64,000 bases of DNA from Leptospira sp. (GTDB taxonomy: Bacteria; Spirochaetota; Leptospiria; Leptospirales; Leptospiraceae), in contig JAWXAQ010000033.1 of NCBI GenBank assembly GCA_034439575.1, forward strand, positions 1 through 64,000. The letters are read 5' to 3'. Shown piece after piece: positions 59,613-64,000 of this stretch. The notes beneath the pieces are model-generated. The model made no database searches and was not told where the DNA came from. It worked only from the letters and a program-made list of their open reading frames with translations. How positions within the stretch are numbered: position 1 is the first letter of the stretch; each line of letters opens with the position of its first letter. A program made the position numbers and the translations under genes.

Positions 59613-60620
59613 TCATAGAAGACTGCGGAGGAATTCGTAGTCTTTCATACCTCTTCTTTTTTCCAAGGCATGAATTTGATTGCAGATTTTTTCATTTATT
59701 GGCGTAGGCAATCCGACTTTTTTTCCCATTTCAACGACGATTCCATTGAGATGATCAATTTCTGTTTCGCGTCCATGATCTAAATCTTGGACCATAGAAG
59801 TTCTGATTTTATAATACTTTAATCCGAGAAAGATCAATATGATGTGACGCAAAAAAAGTGGTAGTGATCTTTGACCATCAGCTAATTTTGATACGGCGAT
59901 ACTTCCAGGAACTACTTCTTCTTTGATTTCATATTTTTCCATTAAAGAACGAATCTCATTTAATAACTTGAGACTCACTCTTCTTCCCACTGTATTTAAC
60001 AAAAGTTCACCCAAGGAATATAGACAACTACCTGCGAGGCCATTGATAACACAATTGATGCCTAGTTTTTGCCACCTATAGCCTGTTAAATTATTTGTCA
60101 GAATTGTCGGTATAAAAGGCGAGAGCAATTGTTTCAAAATAACATTCGGACTTGTGCCATTTACTTCACCCAAAATTAAAAAACCACTATTTGATTGAAA
60201 ATAGGTTCCATCGGGAAGCTTTTGCGTATTCCATCCGACTACACCACCTATCATTCGTTCCTTGGGAATGTCCAATTTGTTTTCTGGGATGCCATTTTGA
60301 ATCAGGATCATTTTTCCCAGAGGGGAAAGTAAGGGTAAAGCCTTGAATACTGAATTTTCTAATTCTTGTGTTTTTGATCCTATAAAAATAAAATCAAATT
60401 TATCTTTTATTTCATCAATGCTTTGGGCTCTATTTTGGAACTCAAAATCTTCTGTTTTTTCTTTCGCATAACTAAATTTAAATTTTTGATTTTGAATCTC
60501 TTCTTTTCGAATCAAATTTCTTGCGATGATGATAAATGGGATTTGATTTTTTTCTAGGGCACGAGCAATGGTAAGGGTGATGGCACCGAAACCATAGATT
60601 CCAATTTTAATATTTGTCAT
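59613..60620 (-). CDS. Ketopantoate reductase (PanE/ApbA) family
   Basis: IQNGI, WQKL..N..IN, TSMVQDL..GRETEIDHLNG, PTPIN. Confidence 0.88.
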   Translation of the reverse strand: MTNIKIGIYGFGAITLTIARALEKNQIPFIIIARNLIRKEEIQNQKFKFSYAKEKTEDFEFQNRAQSIDEIKDKFDFIFIGSKTQELENSVFKALPLLSPLGKMILIQNGIPENKLDIPKERMIGGVVGWNTQKLPDGTYFQSNSGFLILGEVNGTSPNVILKQLLSPFIPTILTNNLTGYRWQKLGINCVINGLAGSCLYSLGELLLNTVGRRVSLKLLNEIRSLMEKYEIKEEVVPGSIAVSKLADGQRSLPLFLRHIILIFLGLKYYKIRTSMVQDLDHGRETEIDHLNGIVVEMGKKVGLPTPINEKICNQIHALEKRRGMKDYEFLRSLL

Positions 60621-60675
60621 ATGAAAAATGAAATCTATGCAAGGCTAGATTTGAAATCAACATTTTAAAATCATA

Positions 60676-61830
60676 TTATGCGCCGGCAGAGCTTAGTTGC
60701 TTTACGACTTCTAAATTTTGTTCAAATCTACTTTTTTCAGAAAGGACTCGCGACTTGCCTGTAAATTCAAGACCTAGTACCAGTTCACCGTCATCATTCT
60801 TTTTTGTCCATGCGACTCTTACAAAAAAATGAAAAGGAGCTTGCATTTTAAAAAAGATATCTACTCCGAAACCTTTTTGTTTAGGTAAAGTATTTGTAAG
60901 ATTAGCATTGTTAACGATAAGTTTTAGTCCAGAAACGGAAACATCGACAACTGGAAATTTATCCTCAGTCGTCATTAAATTCGCGTCTTTGATTCTCTCT
61001 ATCATCTCCGCTGTAAGTGCAATGATTTCAGGGACTTTTTTTTGTGGAAGTTTTGTTTCTCTTGTTTGTATCCAAACATAACCGATAGGGATTTGTTCAT
61101 CAAGTTCGTTTATATAAACGATAGGATGTAAAAGTTCTGATAAAATTTGTTTGTTTTTATAGGCTTTGATAACCGGTGCTAATTGGTCGTCTACTTCTTC
61201 GGAATAATCTAAAAAATTAGGATCATCGGTGGTATAAGATTTTTCTTCATTACAATCAGGTATAAAAATCGGCTTTAATAATTTTTTGATAACTTCAAAT
61301 TCGCGACCAAGTTCACCATGAAAAACATCGATGATCACACTGGCATTGGGACCTAAATCAGCGGCAAGTTTTCTTTGGTATTCTTCAAAGTTAACGCGAA
61401 CTAATGTTGGGATATTAAACATATTTGCTTCGATGATGGTCTTTGAGCTAATGATGTTTGTGACTTTAACAAATCCTTCTTCGACTACTGGGTATCTCGG
61501 ATAGGATCGTTCCTTTTTAGCGATAGCAATTTTGTCGACTTTCATTTCTATTCGTTGTGCATCAATCATCTTGATAAAGCTGCAGTGGATTTCTATATAG
61601 CGTGCTAATACCACAGAAAGTTTAAGTTTCGGTTCAATGGCAAAATCCACAGGATTTGACATATCCAATATGATGTGATCTGTACCCGGAAGCACTTCCC
61701 TTATGATGCAGATTTGATCAAAACCTAATGTGTGTCCTTTTAATTCTCTATCCTTAAGATATTTAATGATGACATGATTTTTTTGTTCCTTATCTGCAAT
61801 GTGATCCATTGCTCGCGCATTCTTTTCCAT
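60676..61830 (-). CDS. DUF1577-type PilZ-domain protein (putative c-di-GMP receptor)
   Basis: RSYPR (RxxxR), DVSVSG (DxSxxG), C-terminal VRVAW...LGLEF. Confidence 0.75.
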   Translation of the reverse strand: MEKNARAMDHIADKEQKNHVIIKYLKDRELKGHTLGFDQICIIREVLPGTDHIILDMSNPVDFAIEPKLKLSVVLARYIEIHCSFIKMIDAQRIEMKVDKIAIAKKERSYPRYPVVEEGFVKVTNIISSKTIIEANMFNIPTLVRVNFEEYQRKLAADLGPNASVIIDVFHGELGREFEVIKKLLKPIFIPDCNEEKSYTTDDPNFLDYSEEVDDQLAPVIKAYKNKQILSELLHPIVYINELDEQIPIGYVWIQTRETKLPQKKVPEIIALTAEMIERIKDANLMTTEDKFPVVDVSVSGLKLIVNNANLTNTLPKQKGFGVDIFFKMQAPFHFFVRVAWTKKNDDGELVLGLEFTGKSRVLSEKSRFEQNLEVVKQLSSAGA

Positions 61831-62025
61831 TTTCTATTTTTCCCAAACTATAGGAGATTTTATTTTTTCTTAAAGGTATTAACAACTCACCAAATTTATC
61901 TTATCACTTTATTGATTCAATAAATATAAGAAATATTTTGATCTATCTAAGGCAAGATTCAAATAATTCAATTAATTTTTCGCTTTCTTTTCCTTACTCA
62001 TCTGTTTCAATTTTAAGGAAACCCC

Positions 62026-64000
62026 ATGCCCGATAGTGCTGAACAATATGACGATCTTTTTTCAGTAGAAGACACAAATCCATTTCCAAAAGAAGAAGTT
62101 AAATCTAAAAATATACCCCCGATACTTGAACTACCAAAAAATAAGGGACGCTTTTCTCCAACGGCACAAGCAATCTTAGAAGAACTACGAGTCAGGCATA
62201 GACGACTCGAGATGCATGGTAGTTCAGAAATTTCGCCTTCTTTGTTACCAACTGTCGACCAAATTCCTGAAATTTTACAAAAAGAAGTTCAGTTGCCAGA
62301 TACTCACAAAACACAGATCGCCATAAGCGAAGCTTTATTGGAACTTTCAGACGCAAAGAATGGTTTTGTGGGACGGGCCGTTTATTTTTATCCATTTCTA
62401 CTCCGGTCAGAAAATGGAATCACAATTCGCATCATTATGGCGGCACCACAAAACAAGGATAAGCTGGATATGACCCCTTACCGACGTGCTTGTTTTAAAT
62501 ATTCAGAGGAATTGGTCGCTGTCGTATATAAAAATTTAGCTAATAAAGATCCCATCATTGATGAATCAAAACCTGGAAAAATATTATTGGAAAGAGACAC
62601 TAAGGGAGATTTGTTTTTTTATCCAAATTTATTTTCAGCAGAACAAGATTTTAATATGATAACCGAAAAGGGATTTTCTCCGTATGTCACTTTCGTGATC
62701 CCTGATTTTACATATGATTTGATTGAATTTGGAAAAACTAGCAAACGTTTACTAGAGATAAATTCAGAATACCATATTGTAATTCCAACAAATGGATTTG
62801 TGGAAATTCTCCTTAAACATATTGCTGTGCAATTGGACGGACTATCCAATTTTATTTTTCAATATTTAAAAAAAATTGCCAAAGAAAACCAAACGTTTCG
62901 TTTTTTAGATATCATCGAAGATTTGGAGAAAAAAACTCCCGACTCCAGTGAGTCCTTGTTAAATGGTGGATGGAAAATCGCCTATGAGTATATCAATTTA
63001 ATTCAAGAATTTCCATTTAATGAAACCTTGACTGATGAAAATTTCAGAGTTAAGGAGAGTTGCTTTTTATCTGTTCAAATATTGAAAAAATTATTGGATG
63101 AAGTCCAAAAGAAAGGACGAGATGTTTTTGAGGATCGTTATAAAGATATATTAAAAAAAGTAAAAGAGAAAGTTTTGGATAATTCTATTCGAAATTTGCA
63201 ACTAACGCCCGTCTCTGTTGAATTGGAATTATCACCTCTTTTTACGGAACCAAACGTAGATAAAACAGCATTAACTACTCGTTTTATGAATGATATGAGT
63301 GCGATTCTGGGAGCTTATTCTGAAAAAAACCAAAATGGTGAAATCGTTTGTTATGCGGTTGACCAAAGGTATCTAAATGATATTATTGAAAATATAAAAT
63401 CAGTAGGTCAAAAAGATGAAAATATTTTATTTCAATTAAAATATCTTGAAATCATTCACAAAGAGTTAATCAGACGAAATGATCCATTGTTAGATTCTCT
63501 TTCAGAAACCAATAAAACAAAAGCAAAACCTGAATCCACGGACATATCTGAGACTGAAAAAGAAAAAGATAAAATTGATTGGAATTCCATATTAGAAAAT
63601 TTTGATTTACCATCGGGTTTAGGAATCAGTTTGTTTGGTTCTAGCATTGCGACCATAGTTTCTCTCATAAAAAATGAGATGGATACTTTACTCACGGGCG
63701 TTTTTGTGAGTGTCCTTTCCGGAATTGTATTCTCTTATATTTATAAAAAATCGCAGGGAACTGAAAAAGAAAAATTAAGTTCAAAAAAAGCACCCATCAT
63801 TCCATCAAATCAAAAATCTATGAATTTGTTAAAAGCTGTGGAAACAGTTCTTTTTCCGAAAAAATTCAATCATGTTTTTGAAAAGGTTTATGATACTAAA
63901 AAATTAAGATATCAAATCGAAGAAAGTATCGAGGAAATCAAATCATTTTTACCCGAAGGTGAAAGAACCAAGGATAACAAAAAATTGTTTATCGAAATTG
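62026..64000 (+). CDS. Large hypothetical protein, 3'-truncated by window edge (absent from ORF track)
   Basis: AAGGA RBS, ATG 62026 (MPDSAEQYDDLF...), frame +1 open to the window end; two hydrophobic segments near 63610-63745. Confidence 0.85.
   Translation, partial: MPDSAEQYDDLFSVEDTNPFPKEEVKSKNIPPILELPKNKGRFSPTAQAILEELRVRHRRLEMHGSSEISPSLLPTVDQIPEILQKEVQLPDTHKTQIAISEALLELSDAKNGFVGRAVYFYPFLLRSENGITIRIIMAAPQNKDKLDMTPYRRACFKYSEELVAVVYKNLANKDPIIDESKPGKILLERDTKGDLFFYPNLFSAEQDFNMITEKGFSPYVTFVIPDFTYDLIEFGKTSKRLLEINSEYHIVIPTNGFVEILLKHIAVQLDGLSNFIFQYLKKIAKENQTFRFLDIIEDLEKKTPDSSESLLNGGWKIAYEYINLIQEFPFNETLTDENFRVKESCFLSVQILKKLLDEVQKKGRDVFEDRYKDILKKVKEKVLDNSIRNLQLTPVSVELELSPLFTEPNVDKTALTTRFMNDMSAILGAYSEKNQNGEIVCYAVDQRYLNDIIENIKSVGQKDENILFQLKYLEIIHKELIRRNDPLLDSLSETNKTKAKPESTDISETEKEKDKIDWNSILENFDLPSGLGISLFGSSIATIVSLIKNEMDTLLTGVFVSVLSGIVFSYIYKKSQGTEKEKLSSKKAPIIPSNQKSMNLLKAVETVLFPKKFNHVFEKVYDTKKLRYQIEESIEEIKSFLPEGERTKDNKKLFIEI

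Noticed and set aside
479..63695. Many 60-150 aa ORFs nested in or antisense to larger genes (e.g. 17297-17755, 23731-24168, 44859-45257, 47905-48297, 62192-62395)
   Set aside because: Shadow ORFs of well-supported genes, with no RBS or motifs.

Overview
AT-rich bacterial chromosome segment, gene-dense and mostly core or housekeeping. Gene content (OmpL37-like protein, DUF1577/PilZ protein, SpoIIE and class III cyclase membrane sensors, CxxxY-type ccmE, spirochaete-style fliF/fliE/flgBC, dapAB-cdaAR) points to Leptospira, probably a saprophytic species (inference; no database search was possible, and family calls rest on motif recognition). About 55 CDS are supported, including two missing from the ORF track because they run off the window ends (1-471 and 62026-64000). 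I found no rRNA, tRNA, CRISPR array, integrase or transposase. Best candidates for something new: (i) a three-gene module of lipoprotein, permuted papain-like His...Cys enzyme and GT-C-like membrane protein (40519-44494); (ii) an HDAC, a possible cryptic acyltransferase and a REC-PP2C phosphatase in one operon (37713-40562); (iii) three helically phased TGC-N3-GCA palindromes in the divergent kinase/lytic-transglycosylase promoter (2931-3007); (iv) a multi-branched, GGA-loop-rich structured element resembling a CsrA sponge (51006-51116) and a Flavo-1-like RNA (52619-52723); (v) an orphan papain-like fragment plus two exported proteins after radA/DUF1272 (48854-50692); (vi) a split flgBC-fliE-fliF region with a sigma28-like promoter in front of fliE.
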